Part shown: positions 15,852-37,193 of the stretch, one piece after another
Layout of the letters: each line of letters starts with the position of its first letter
How positions within the stretch are numbered: position 1 is the stretch's first letter
From: Bugula neritina
Taxonomy: Eukaryota > Animalia > Bryozoa
Assembly: GCA_964035545.1 (NCBI GenBank)
Contig: OZ037765.1
Location: 17,980,995 to 18,044,994 of the forward strand
Reading direction: 5' to 3'
Length of the DNA stretch: 64,000 nt
Program-made: the position numbers and the translations under genes
The notes under the pieces: model-generated
The model's database searches: none
What the model saw: the letters and a program-made list of their open reading frames with translations, nothing else
What the model was told of the DNA's origin: nothing

Positions 15852-15990
15852 AGTGGAAGGGATAAATAATTATTGTTAAGTAAGCTTTTTAAATCTGCAA
15901 GCATCAATGACCTACACGTCGGAGGATTTAGTTTAGTTATATCGATGTGTTCAGCAAACCTGCCTTTCCTACCCTACATATCCCATAAAA

Positions 15991-18900
15991 ATGAGCGGTA
16001 CGTCTGTGTGAAATCAAAAGCTTCTGCCAGTGGTTGCAATTGTTCTTGCAGTAATGTTATAGATAAATACCCTATTATTTTACCTATGGCTATGATTTTA
16101 TTTTCGATAAATTTTTTTCACTCCGTTGTTTTACCGATTATGTCTTCATTTGTTGAACTCTGAACTGGTTAACTTTAACATTAACTTTAAAACTACCATT
16201 ATATTAATCGTACATCATTAAATGGTAAATCAAAAGTAAAGTGCACACTAAAAATTAAAATTAATTTTCGAGTTGAGCGTTAACTTTAAGTTTAAAGTAA
16301 GCTCAATCAATCGTTATTGTTTATTAGTTTCAGTCTGATCTCTTACATCATACTGATATTGTCAAAAGCAACTCTTGTAGTTATGTTATTTTAAAAGCTG
16401 GTACTGAGACTCAGTGTTGGGTGTTGTCACACTCACAGTGAGAAATTCAGACTGTGAAACTCAAACTGTTCTAGTTTACAAAAGGAAATTTTAAAAATTT
16501 TCCATAGCATTTAGTTAGTGTGACCAGCTGTTTAATGATAATAAATATTAAATTGTCAAATAATCATAATGATTGATGATAGTTGAAATTAGTAATAAAA
16601 AGCTGAAGAAGCTATTTTTATAATAATTATAATAAATAATGATATTCATATTGTTATTCTATAAATACATAAAATTAACTATGTATTAATTTTAAATATG
16701 GCTACCTACTTCTTATTCTAATAATTAATAGTAATAGTAATTGTCAACCTGTTTCAGTTCTACTTTCAGCCATAGTCATTAGGAGCTTAAAAGAAATAAA
16801 ATGTGTTGCCATTTGTGTTTTGGTTGACAATTAAACTGATAGGATGAGTTGTGAAATAAAAGCCATAAAATAAAAAATTGCAAAGTTTTAAGTATTTATT
16901 ACCTTTATAGTAAAAAATTACAAATTTGGTATTTGCAGTTGCTGAGTCCTTATATCATATATATGTGTTTGACTTATATTTATTATGCATGTGCTCACAG
17001 TTAGTTATTAATATTCATTTTTCCTATTATAGATACAATATAATGATGAAAACATTGAGTTTCTGTTTAGCCATTAAGTTTAAGTTAAGGTCACTAATAT
17101 TAAGTGATGGTAACACCAATTTAGTTAATTCAATTTGCTATTCAGTCTGTTGATAATTTGAAAGTAATATTTCGCTTGATTTAACTCTTCAAAATCACCA
17201 TTTCAAAATCAGTGTTAAAAATTATTACGTTAATGTTTATATTTGATTAGTGTTCCTGAAATTTAAACCCTTTTAGATTATAGTTGCATTTAGCTTTAGA
17301 TTTTTATTTAAGTATATGAGTTATCTTACTTTATTTAGTACACACTGGAAATCTCCAGTTTTTAGCTATTTTTTCACAATTTAACTGCCAATGAACATGG
17401 GCTTTGCCCAAAACTATTTAAATATCAATAAATACACCTAAATGATCAAGGTTCTTCTTAATTTTGCTTGATTTCCCATGTTTTTCCTAATTATTCAACT
17501 ACTTTTGTTTGTGAACCGATGTTTTTTTCGTAGTTAGTTGAATAATTAGGAAAAACATGGGAAATCAAGCAAAATTAAGAAGAACCTTGATCATTTAGGT
17601 GTATTTATTGATATTTAAATAGTTTTGGGCAAAGCCCATGTTCATTGGCAGTTAAATTGTGAAAAATAGCAAAAAAAACTGGAGATTCCCAGTGTGTACT
17701 AAGTTAAGTAACATGACCTATATTCTGATATGTAAGGCATGCCTTAAATATTGTTTTTTTTGTTATGGCGATGAAAAAAATCAAAATTGATAAATTTAAT
17801 TTAAATTAGTGCTATATTGAATAGCTTCCATTTGTATCATGTTATATTTATTCTAACCAATGTTATATCTTACTGCCCTTACTCATCGAAGCTACTAAAG
17901 TAAAAAATAAATGCAATTGTGTCACACAAAAAACAGCTTAAACATATTTAGTAATATGATGTAAATGTACTATGATGTAAATATAGCATATTGGAATGGG
18001 GATATATTGCTAATAAGTTATAGTATCAAACTCTCTTTTGTTAAAGGTTGTGCCATGGTATTTGGAAAACCCTTGTGGTTCTTTGGTTGTTTTCTTCGTC
18101 TTTTTCATGGGATTTTATTTAAAGAAAATACAATTTTGTAGAAGCAAGCTCTTACAATATTCAACTTAAGTATATAAATATTGAATGTTACTAACGGGAC
18201 AAAAAATTCAAGTTGATAAGGTTGCATGTTAAGAAAAACTTTATTTTAAACTCTTGAAAACCTTTTTGTATATTCAGCTAGTTATGATTAGTAAATTCAA
18301 CATCGGCATTCTTATACTTTTGTAAGAGGTCACCACTTATTATTAGAATTAATCTCTATAATGGGTATACAGCAAATAAGTTATTCGTGGTTTCTTGCGT
18401 GTATTTAGTTCGGTTTTAGTTGAAGAGTAGTTTCTATAATCCTGGGTGATGATTTGAACATTTTCTGTTTTGTTTGCTTTAATAAGTTCAAATCATACGC
18501 ATTGCTGTTTTGTTGTTATGTAACGTTTCTATTTTTAGGAACTGAGCTGCAGTGGTGCTTTTCACAGGTCAAGGGTACTATTGAAGAAGAGATTACTGAT
18601 GGTAAGTAGTCAGGATGCTTATGGTTTTTTTATTAACTATTTCCAGTAAAACTATTCATTAGATTCTATATTTTGTACATTATTCATTCGTGTTTTAGCT
18701 GATATCATTTCATGTGTCGAGTTTAACAGTACAGGAGAATTATTGGCAACTGGTGATAAAGGTGGTCGTATTGTAATCTTTCAACAAGAACAAGGAGTGA
18801 GTCTTAACATTTCATTACTATTATATTTCACTTTTGTAGAAAATTCTCGTGCATCTTGTACGTGTGATTTGTACCAACATCTTTGCATTTGTCTTCTTTC

Positions 18901-21900
18901 TTTTTCTTGAAGAATCCTTCATTTGGTGATTACAATGTGTACAGCACTTTCCAAAGTCACGAACCAGAATTCGATTATCTAAAAAGCTTAGAAATAGAAG
19001 AGAAAATTAATAAAATCCGATGGTTAGAGAGAGTCAACCCTGCTCACTTTCTACTTTCTACTAATGGTGAGGTGGTAATCATCACAAAGCAATTACTTCC
19101 ATGTTTTACAATTTCTGGTCACTTATTTTTCTGTAGAAAAAATGGCTGTACGGTAGTGTATTATAACATGTTTAATGGTTAGTTCTTCTGTATTATTTAT
19201 AGAAACATGATTTGTACTGCCATTCTCATAGCAACCGTTATAAACCCTTTAGAGAGTCTTACTAAGCCAATCTAAAATTCAATATTCTTAAACCTTCCGC
19301 AGGGTAATCGCATTATTTTCACTTGTAATTTCAATATCTGTAGATAAAACGATTAAATTGTGGAAAGTAACTGAAAGGGATCGAAAGCCAGAAGGTTTTA
19401 ATCTCAAAGATGAACATGGAGTATTACGGGACCCATCCAGCATTCATTCATTGGTGGTATGTGCCACGGGTCTCTCTATTATTGGAGTAGACTTACTCCG
19501 GTGTTTTAAGTCTTGACCATAACTTCTAAATGATCCAAGTCAACAAGTTAGAAAAAACAATTTTTTCTTGTATTTTTTCTTTGCCAGAATATTTAATTGG
19601 TAAGAGACTGCCCAACCAAAAATATTTGTAAAGGAAGGGTTGTTACAGTAATATTAGAACTAAATTCACGACTAGTGTCACTGAAGTACGAAGCTTGGAA
19701 AAAATCTTTATAAAAATTGTTTTGTTTGTTTTGGAAAGAAAACTCATTCTGTTACGGTTATAATTTCTATGGGTAATAACTAACCAAGTCAAGAAAAGTT
19801 GATGCCATTTCAATAGTACCTTCTTTTTCTCAACAGACCACACTGTTCAGTCCATAGCAATTCAGGTTCTTCCATAGTTGTTGGCTTACAGGCTGTTTTG
19901 AGTTGCAAACAGTGTTTTTTCAACAAGGCATTTTTTCGCTGCTTATCCGTTTATGTTTAGCCAATTTATATTTGATACCATAATCTTTTTGATATGTTCT
20001 AAAAAGTTTTAGTAAAAAGAGTTTGCAAGTTGAATTTCTAGTTCCATTTGATAAAGTTTGAGTAATTTTTTCCAAAAGCTGTGGGTGCTGTTTGTTCAAT
20101 GTAATTTGCTTTTGAATTTATAATTATTAGTTATACAATTTTAGGTACCCGTGTTCAAACCAATGGATCTAATGGTGGAAGCTAGTCCTCGTAGAATCTT
20201 CGCTAATGCACATACATATCACATTAACTCAATTTCACTCAACAGTGACCAGCAAACCTTCATGTCTGCTGATGACTTGCGAATTAACCTCTGGCATCTG
20301 GAAATCACAGACCAGAGCTTCAGTATCCTTTTTGACCTGTGCTGTGGGCATGTGCCATTCTTTTTCATTCTGCAAAGGCAGGCAAATGTGTCGGTCTTCT
20401 GTTTCTGTAGATTTTTAGCCTTTTTGCTGGACATCTTTTTGTGTTGAACTAAAATTAATTCTTAGTTTATTTTTTTAGGTATTCAATTTTTCAAAAGTAA
20501 TTAAATTAATACATTTTGCCTTCCTATGAGTTTCCTTCACCGTATATGTTCAGATATAGTAGATATAAAGCCTGCCAACATGGAAGAGCTGACTGAGGTG
20601 ATCACAGCTGCCGAGTTTCACCCCAAAAACTGCAGCTCCTTCGTATATAGTAGCAGTAAAGGCTCAATACGTCTGTGTGACATGAGGCAGAGGGCACTTT
20701 GTGATCAGCATGCTAAGAGTAAGATACTATTCTATTTTCATAATGCGTTCATGCACTGTAGCATTTAAACCATGTTATTTATGATACTGAAATAGTAGCC
20801 ATAAGGCGTCTGGTAAGGGTGCTGTCAGCCCTTAAAATTGTAGTGCCTGTAGTAGTAACAATAGCAGTAGCGTTTGCAAAATAGACGTAATTGCAGTTGT
20901 TGATACTAGAAGTTGTTAGTAGTGACGGTAGAAGTAGATGCTAGTTGTAGCAGTAGTTAGTAGCAGCAGTAATAGTTTTAAAACACATTTATGTCCACTT
21001 CAGTTATTACTATTAAGTAATAATGTATTGTATTTCTTTCTGCATCGGATTTTGCAAAATAAAAATTGCTAAACTTGTGCGTGCTTCTCTTTATATATGG
21101 TGTGTGTATATTTGCAGTGTTTGAGGAGCCAGAGGATCCTAGTAGTAGAAATTTCTTTAGTGAAATCATTTCTAGTGTATCTGATGTTAAATTTAGCAAT
21201 GATGGCCGCTATCTTGTTACAAGAGATTATTTAAATGTTAAGGTGAGGCCTTTTTAATTATTCAGTGTTTTACTAATTTGCCTTGAACCTGCACTCCAGT
21301 TCAAATGGATCTGGCATTTTTTACTATCTAGTAGAAAACTCTGCTGATGAAAGATCAGACAATTTTTTCACACAGTTTTTGTCTATAGTAAATTAACCAA
21401 TATTCAAAAAGCTGAGCAGAGCAAAAAAGTCTAATACATTACATGTTATTTACTGGTGGTTACATTGCGACCGGTGAAAAGTTGAGACATCTGATTTGAC
21501 TTCTCTTTGTGATATCAGATGAAAGAGTATTTTGCTATACTTCATTCTCTCATCAACATGTTTAGGATTTACTTGAGGTTTGATTGCAGGTGTGGGACCT
21601 TCAGATGGAATCCAAGCCGGTCGAAACATATCAGGTTCATGAGTATTTGCGCAGCAAACTTTGTTCACTATACGAAAATGACTGTATCTTCGACAAGTTT
21701 GAGTGCGCATGGAGTGGAAATGACAGGTATGCTTATGCCCTAGATTATTGGTATTCTCTAGTAGCCAATACTTTGACTTGCTAAAGTCACAAATTCTAAA
21801 TTATCCAATTCAACTACGCATATAATTCATTATGTTATAGCTACAATTTTCGGTCAATGTTTTGCTTATGTTATAACACAATTCACACAGACACTTACTT

Positions 21901-22556
21901 TCTTCATATATTGTCTGGGACCAAAGTATTAATTATTACCAACACATGCAGACATCACTACATTTAAACCAAGACAACAGCCTGCCTTTCAGTGATCGAT
22001 AACTAAAGGGTCAATGAGTCTATGTCATTTGTGAGATTGTTGCACTCATTTTGTTGTGCATTTTTTTTCAGTTTAAAGATAACAACACTGTAATTCTAAA
22101 CTTTTAGTTTTTCTCAAAACTTTAGCTTATACCCAAAGTCACACCTATTTTATTCAGATATTGGGACCTCGTTACAATTAGTTCCGTATACCTTATGAGT
22201 TGCAGCTTAATAATGGAATTTATTGCTTGTAAAATATTGTCTTGGAAACATCATTGATCATTGTCGTAAATTGTAGGTATGTTATGACGGGATCGTACAA
22301 CAACTTCCTTCGTATATTTGATCGAGAAAATAAGAAAGATGTTACTTTAGAAGCATCCCGAGAAAACATAAAACCACGAACTGTGCTTAAATCTAAGAAA
22401 GTCTGTATAGGTGGCCGTAAAAAGAAGGATGAAATCAGTGTTGACAGTCTGGACTTTCAGAGGAAGATCCTGCACACAGCTTGGCATCCCCATCAGAATG
22501 TTCTGGCTATTGCGGCAACAAATAACTTATATTTGTTCCAAAGCAAAGACACATAA
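15991..22556 (+). CDS. PPP2R2A: Serine/threonine-protein phosphatase 2A 55 kDa regulatory subunit B (B55/twins)
   Basis: Exons 15991-15997, 18539-18601, 18699-18796, 18913-19066, 19344-19456, 20145-20322, 20554-20718, 21118-21242, 21590-21726 and 22277-22556 splice in frame: [15 protein letters not shown]...[15 protein letters not shown]...[25 protein letters not shown]...[12 protein letters not shown]...[16 protein letters not shown]...AATNNLYLF. It is best read as the invertebrate PPP2R2-family member. Confidence 0.97.
17335..17702. mobile_element. Foldback/MITE-like palindrome in PPP2R2 intron 1
   Basis: Near-perfect inverted arms of about 167 bp (17335-17501 and 17535-17702) with a 33-nt spacer; ends read TA-CACACTGG...CCAGTGTG-TA. 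Confidence 0.85.
20323..20553 (+). other. U12-type (minor spliceosome) GT-AG intron
   Basis: 5' splice site GTATCCTTT; branch site TTTCCTTCAC at 20531-20540 close to the 3' CAG, with no polypyrimidine tract; removing it restores DQSF-N-IVDIKP. Confidence 0.9.
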
Positions 22557-22983
22557 TCTATGATAAACAACCCTATAGCTTCTGTATGTAAATGTATTAT
22601 GTCGTCTAAAAACATGAGTCAATCCTTTGCAAATTTGTGTCATGACATTTTGTATATATTCTTGTACAACTGCTACAATAGTCACAGGTTATAGGCAATA
22701 AAACTAGGTTTAAATAGTGTTAGCTTTATTTATTATAGCAATCCACTTTTCTCATTCCGTATTTGAGTTGCTAGAATTCTTCCTCAGAAGAAAAATGAGA
22801 GGAAATTTTCAATTTATTGTGTAACAAAATAATTTTAATTTCTAATATAATGTTCTTTTTTTGAATAAAGATTTTAATGGCTTATCAACATGTAAAAGAT
22901 AATAAATATTATACAAGTATATTTACAAGCCTTGTTTTCAAGTAATATACATAGGTTATATTTGTCAGTTGAAGTGAGGACTT

Positions 22984-30863
<7,880 letters not shown>

Positions 30864-31174
30864 CTACAAAAGGAGCTGAACACTGGTACTGTCTGGATAA
30901 TTAAGAACCAACTCACTACTAATTGCTTTACCTTCAAATTAAAACTATTCCAGGATGACATAATTAGCTGGGACAAACGCTTGATCCATATTAAGAGTGT
31001 TCATGCTGAAAAATTCTGTGCATGTATTTAAAGGTAGCACAGTCTGCCAGAGCGCTCTCAAGAAAATAGAAATAATCATAAGTAAACTATACAAGGCTTG
31101 AGTTGCAAAAAATTATTTGGTGAGCAAATAAATTTGTCTTAACATCTAATAACGTTGGATAATTTACGTTCTTC

Positions 31175-31318
31175 CAATAACTTTCATAAAAATGAAAAGA
31201 ATGAAAGAAATTCATTAGTCTAAAATAAGGTCCTACCCTTTTCTTGCAATAACTTTCCTAAAAATGAAAAGAATGAAAGAAATTCATTAGTCTAAAATAA
31301 GGTCCTACCCTTTTCTTG
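31175..31318. repeat. 72-bp tandem duplication (2 copies)
   Basis: CAATAACTTTC...CCCTTTTCTTG at 31175 and 31247, with one mismatch seen. Confidence 0.9.
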
Positions 31319-31869
31319 GCATAAAACTCTATTCCTCGCTCCTCAGCCATAACAATTCTTCACAATTAATTTTTTCTGTATAAACAAGCAAGTAACTGTA
31401 AGAAAAAAAATATCAAACTATAATTTAGGTACCTAAAATGATAATAATGAGTTAACCAAGTATATTGAAATTTCACTCATAAAAAATTGGTTTTAAAAAT
31501 CGATTGACTTACATAACAGCAGTATTTGTAATATGTAAGTAACCAAAAATTTAAAATTGTGAAATTCAATAGCGAAATACTAACAGGGGTTAGTTTCAAA
31601 AATTAAAGATTTATTTAAAAGAGTATTTTGAATAAACATTATAAAAGAAAAATTCAACATATCTATCATTTTAGTATTTCATTCTCAGGTTAATGGGCAA
31701 CATTTTTTCTGGCTAAAACTATAAAAGCAGTTTCTTTTCAAATAATGTCAAAATAAATGTGTCTAAAATAAGTCAAAAATTACATTTTAAATTATGATTG
31801 TGGGCTGCAAATGAGACAAAAGATAGGGTAGAGTAGATAGAACAAAAACAGAAGAACTTGGGTATTACT

Positions 31870-33200
31870 ATGGCTGATCCGAAACCATTTGATGCAAATG
31901 AAATTATGAAATTTGGATTAGGCACCTATCAAATTTGCATAGGCTAATGAAGAAAATTTCTGCAGAAATGCTCAGAAGATAAAAAAAATACTTCTGATTG
32001 AATGACACTAGGAAAAATAGCATTCATCACTGGAGGCCCGGCTAAAGGGAAATAAATGGGAACTTATCAACCTATTACATATTTGCAACTTATAAGTTGG
32101 CAAGCAGTGACAGATATATTAGCAAAAAAGCTGTAGGATTCTTTCTTGAGTTTGTATGTAATTGGAAAATAAAAAGACTGCATTAAGAAATCAAGGGGTA
32201 CCAGAGATCCTCTATTGCTTGACAAGTAAGTAATGCATGGCTGAAAAAGAGATGTACTCGTACTATCAGTCTTCGAGACAATGAAATCAATTTGAATAGC
32301 TAAAAATGTGATCACATTGATGAGGAAAAGCAGGAAGTCTTGAAAAACAGAGTATATTGGTGAAAAGATTGGAGAGATAAATCTAAAGCTGGAATTTTTC
32401 AGAAGTAGTGCAGACAAAAGTAGACCTGGAAAGTAGAAAATGTTAGAGCTGTGATAACAGGCACTTGAAAAGAAACTATTTTATGGTAAACAAAAATTCA
32501 ATTAGGAAACATGGGAAGACCGCAGCAATAGATCCTCCATTGGCTGCAAGAAAGCACCAGATAGGAGCTAAAGAAAGTGGGTAGTTATAATTACAGAGCA
32601 TTAAACCATCTACATCTATACATGGTCAAGTTGTGTTGGAAACGCAAAATAAATACCAGAAAATGAAGATGGACTGAATGAAGATAAAGGAGACAGATAG
32701 TGGCATGAGATGATCTTTCCCAATAGAAAAGTTGTCTAAAAGCAGTAAGCTACATCTAGGCCAGCCAATATCAACACATGCCAAAAATAAGTTGATTGTT
32801 AATGAGAGACTCGCACCCTGTGTTCCTGCTCAGGCTAAACATGAGATTACATGACTGAGCTAAACAGCGTTCAGAATAAGCTCAACGCCATCTGCTCTTG
32901 AAAGTGGGAAGGAAGCTGCTAGCCAGTCTGAGCTAACTTGCAGCTCTGTTGAACAGCTCAAAATAGTCAATCCGAGAGACTGACAGTTGAAGCTGAACAT
33001 TGTGAAACTATAGGTACTGACTATGATGTGTTGTTAATGGAAGTTACAGTAGTTAGAAATTGAACAGTTGATCAGTCAAGGCAATAGAATATGACTTACA
33101 TACTTAAGCTCCCTAGAGCTAGTCAGTTCACGCCAGGTGCCGAGACCCAAATAGATAAATTTGTCGTCACCGGTTAATCTGTGTTAGCCAAAAAGACTGC
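31870..33200 (+). mobile_element. Possible highly decayed LTR-retroelement remnant (gag-like)
   Basis: Purine-rich, coding-like stretch with a broken frame MADPKPFDA..YEIWI.. resembling Gag N-termini; PPT-like CTTGAAAGTGGGAAGGAAG near 32897. No intact domain. Confidence 0.3.
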
Positions 33201-33449
33201 TGAGCTATATAGACCAGAATCCACTCACTAAGGATTTAGTATGTGAGAACCTCGAGCTATAACAACCAAAGTTCAAGACTATAAGTGTTATAGTCCGCAC
33301 ACAGGAGAGCATGCTCAAAGTCAAAGGATGCCATATACCGCATACGCAAAACTAAATATTGTATGTTGAAATAAATAGATTTTAGTGCATAGCCAAATCA
33401 AGTTTCAAGGTTTTTGAGTGAAATGTATAGGATTTCAACACATAGCGAA

Positions 33450-34265
33450 GCTGAATTTGTGCTATGAGGTAATTTTCTTAAATCTCTAATGCTTCAAGTG
33501 AGAAAACCATTATCAAAGGTTTGAAGATGCCGAAATATATGTTGGTTTTCCTTTCTCATCAGATTGAGTGTTAACTGTCAAGTGATGCTTTTAATCTGAG
33601 AGTATTCTGATTAACAAAATTAATTTGCGGTTTTTCATCGGCTTACAAGAGTTAGGGCTATAGCTCAGTACCAGCATCACTTATGCCACATCTCTTTTGA
33701 AGTTAGCAACCAACCTGATGACTTGGTTTCAGACATACTCACTTTCTTACAGGCACTGTTATTGTTGAATCCGTCAATGTGTCTGCATATCCACAAATAT
33801 GCCTACATACATTTAGGCATGCAATTAATTTTGCTTTCATAAAAGTGTGGTAGATCATATTTTTACGACAGCCAAGTACTTTGCTCACACTGTTGACTTT
33901 AAATTAATATGTCTGTCAAACTTCAGATTGAGCTGTTCGATTAAAATAACGACTTTGGCCTCGTTAACTGCTTTGATAGTATCACCAAGTGTCTATGTAT
34001 GGAGAGGGTCATTAGTTTTTCCAAATATGATCACTTCACACTTATTAGTGTAAAATGGCCCTTTTCATCCAAGCGATAAGTTATAGAGTGAGTCTAGGTT
34101 TCCCAAAATATTCACTAAATTTGGATATTTACAAATTGGGAAATATTATTGAGTTAGATTAAACAAAGTGTTCGCTGAAGACTGAGCCTTGAGGGATTCC
34201 AAGTGCTACACTTAATTTAGAAGATTCCGTCCTTTTGATCATGACTTTTTAGCTTCTGTCAGTTA
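33450..34265 (-). mobile_element. Decayed LINE reverse-transcriptase fragment
   Basis: The minus strand around 34170-34210 encodes VALGIPQGSVFS (RT motif G.PQGS), followed by broken RT-like frames. Confidence 0.65.
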
Positions 34266-34304
34266 GCTGTCTTCAGATGAAAATGAATGGGTCAATTCTT
34301 TTAC

Positions 34305-34333
34305 TTTTTGCCTGATTTTCTCCATGATAGTAA
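34305..34333 (-). CDS. DDX41: Candidate DDX41 start mini-exon (MEKIRQK)
   Basis: Acceptor TTCCTCACTTACAG, ATG at 34325, phase-0 donor GTAAAA joins in frame to AGA ATG CTG at 30863. A further donor (AG|GTGAGT) at 36420 would close a non-coding first exon. Confidence 0.5.
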
Positions 34334-34699
34334 CTGTAAGTGAGGAACTTTATTGAAGGCCGTCTTGAAATTTGTCAATGGTAAATTGGCAATGAATGAA
34401 CGCATCATTTAATTGTAATAACTATAATTAGCTGTAATGATCATCCTACTTTAGTAGTAAGAATCATTGCCACTCTATCACTACAGTGCGAGTGTGAGAA
34501 CGACGCTCACTACTATTGTGATTATCATTGAATGACTGAGTGCAAGTGTCAGTGTGAGGATGAAAGTGTCATACTTTTATTCATAACAAGCATAAGGCTC
34601 AGCTTGTATTACAATCAGTAATACTAATACTAATAGTAAAACTGATGGCAACCTGGGTACTCACGCTGATAGTGATACTGATAATAATACTTATTTTAA

Positions 34700-35705
34700 T
34701 TCTTACTTGACTTACTTGAAGATGCAATCACGTTAGACCACTAAATTAGTGTAAGCGACGTGCCTCGTTTGGTGAACAGAATTATTAAATGTAGTTAATA
34801 CTTTTATCACATAGGTGCAGTTCTGTTTTAAGACTTTGGTGCCAGTACAGGGCCTTATGAGGCCTGTCTGTGAGCAGCATTTGATGTTATTTTCATATGA
34901 GGTATCATTCTGGGTAGGAAGCTATTATGAAATAGTGAGGTGTTAGTCCTGAAAGTGGTGGGCATGCCATTTGACTGGGACCTGGTGGTAACTGATGTAG
35001 TGGGCTGGTCCATGAGGTGTTCATACGATTTTGAGAGTGAAGGATGATATTACTCTTTGGCCAGGATCTGCATCAAAAGACTAAGTCGTAGGTCTTTGCG
35101 CCTGTTTTGCAGGGGGGTTAATCCAAGCCTATATCTTGCCTCATCTGAGCCACCCCTGCCTTTAATACCTGCCACAAATCTCACACCCTGCTCTTGCACT
35201 TGCTCAATGTCTACTGCAGCCTTCTTGGAGCTAGGGTCCCACACAGCAGCAGCATATTCTAGGTGAGGACGACACAGGGCTTTGTATGCTATTAACTTCG
35301 TCTTTTCTGGTGCCCAATATAGTGCCCTTTTAATCATCCCGAGTTGTCGCTTCGCTGCGAGTAATTTCTGCTGGATATGCATGTCAAACTTCAGGTCTGA
35401 TTGTATTGTGACACCAAGATACAACGCGTGGTCAACAACTGCGAGAGTCTGGCCTCCAAGTGAATAGTTATGTGTGAATTTCTTGTCACTGAAGATGATG
35501 ATCTTGCTTTTCTTCACATTGAAAGACACACCCATCCTGCATGCCCAGAAGTCCAAAGAGTTCAGGTTGTGCTGAAAACGGGCTGTGTCCTGCTGGCTTG
35601 TGATGGTCTGGTACATTAAGGTGTCGTCTGCAAATAGGGCAACTGGGCAATCTACCTCGTTTGGGAGGTCATTGATAAATATCAGGAAAAGCACAGGCCC
35701 GAGAT
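34700..35705 (-). mobile_element. 5'-truncated LINE (CR1/L2 group) RT fragment with 3' UTR
   Basis: ORF 35050-35694: GPVLFLIFINDLP...LFADDT...YLGVTI...RPHLEYAAAVWDP; ends in a short TCAAGTAAG repeat tail near 34702-34720. Confidence 0.92.
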
Positions 35706-35992
35706 CTGGTGTAGTACTTAAACTATTACTATTACAATAAGTATAAGTATTGGTATAACTATTAGTACTACTATTAGTAGTATTAGTATTATAACTATTA
35801 TTAATTATTATTCATTACGCATTATGATTAACTACAAACTACAACTCGATCAGTATCACAATCAGTCAATAGTATGAGTGCTAATTTAAATTTACATTTT
35901 ACTGAGTTAGTAATTTAGTAATTTTCGTTTTGATTTACTAACTCTAATACTAATAGTAATAGTAATAGTAATAGGCATAGTAATTCCATTAC

Positions 35993-36240
35993 CAATACTC
36001 ATACTGAATACTAAGAGTAAGACTAAGACTACTACTACTAGTACTAGTAATACTATAGAAATACTAATAACTAATAAGTAAATGTAATACTAATACTAAT
36101 AGTATTACTTTTACTATTAGTATTATATTTACTTAGTTATTATTATTAAGTTATTAGTATTTCTATAGTTATACTTATAGTATTACTATTACTAGTACTA
36201 GTAGTCTTAGTCTTACTCTTAGTATTCAGTATGAGTATTG
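35993..36240. repeat. Inverted duplication (hairpin) within a low-complexity tract
   Basis: Perfect outer arms of about 40 bp (CAATACTCATACTGAATACTAAGAGTAAGACTAAGACTAC and its reverse complement) plus an inner 20-bp pair CTATAGAAATACTAATAACT. Confidence 0.85.
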
Positions 36241-36599
36241 ATATTAAAATTACTATAAATGTATTAGTAATACTAATAGTAACACTGTTACTAACAGTGT
36301 TACACTTACTTACAGTTACTGTAAGTCACTAAGAGTAAGTGTAACAGTCTAACACTAACACTAACAGTTACACTTACAGTGATATTCATATTAAATTTAA
36401 TATCAATAAGTTACACTCACCTTCCAAGGGTCAAAGCTAAAGGTACTATTAGTATAAGTACGTTCTAATGGCTGCTCGTATTATTACACTTGACATTAAA
36501 TTAAAGATGTTTTGCAACCACTTACACTCTGCTATTAAATATTGGATTTTCTTCACTCACACTGGCTGAAGCCAACGCTTTGGACGAAGCGAAGAAGTT

Positions 36600-37193
36600 T
36601 GAATGGTTCTATAAGCAGCTCCAAGTTGGGGGTGAATCGGTGCAGTAGTTCTGGAGGGTTTCGAGAAAGCCCAACTTTAAATTTGAGAATCTCAAACTAC
36701 TGCACTCATTCACTCCCAACTCGGAGCTGTTTATAGAACCATTTGAGCCACTCTGGTAGCGTAGCCTCTTCAGTCATCTAAAAAGTGGTCATCATTATCA
36801 CAACATTATATTTTAGGGATTGCTCTCTCGAGAACATATCCCAGGCAAATGTTTAAGGACGCATGGAAACAGATATAAATACCCTCTTTGCATGACTTAT
36901 TAACTGTGCATTTTTCGAGATTCCAGAGTCTAGACAGTATACTCTAGAGCCTTGAAAATATTATGCAGCTCCGAGTTGGGGGTTCTCGAGTTTGGAGTTG
37001 AGGGTTTCAACCTAGACAAAATGGAGGTTCTAAAAGCTTTAAAGTTTAAAAGCTAATATCTCCAGTTTCATTTGCACTAGAGACTTGAAATAAAATGCAG
37101 AATGATTGCAAAGGTCTGCTTTATAACTCCATACTGGTAACGCAGTTTTGAAAGGTTCACATACACTCCCTGTTTTGTGGTGACAGGTCACAT
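36600..37193. mobile_element. Probable non-autonomous DNA transposon remnant with internal repeats
   Basis: CAGCTCCRAGTTGGG at 36616 and 36966, inverted at 36715; terminus-like GTGACAGGTCACA near 37180-37192. Confidence 0.4.
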
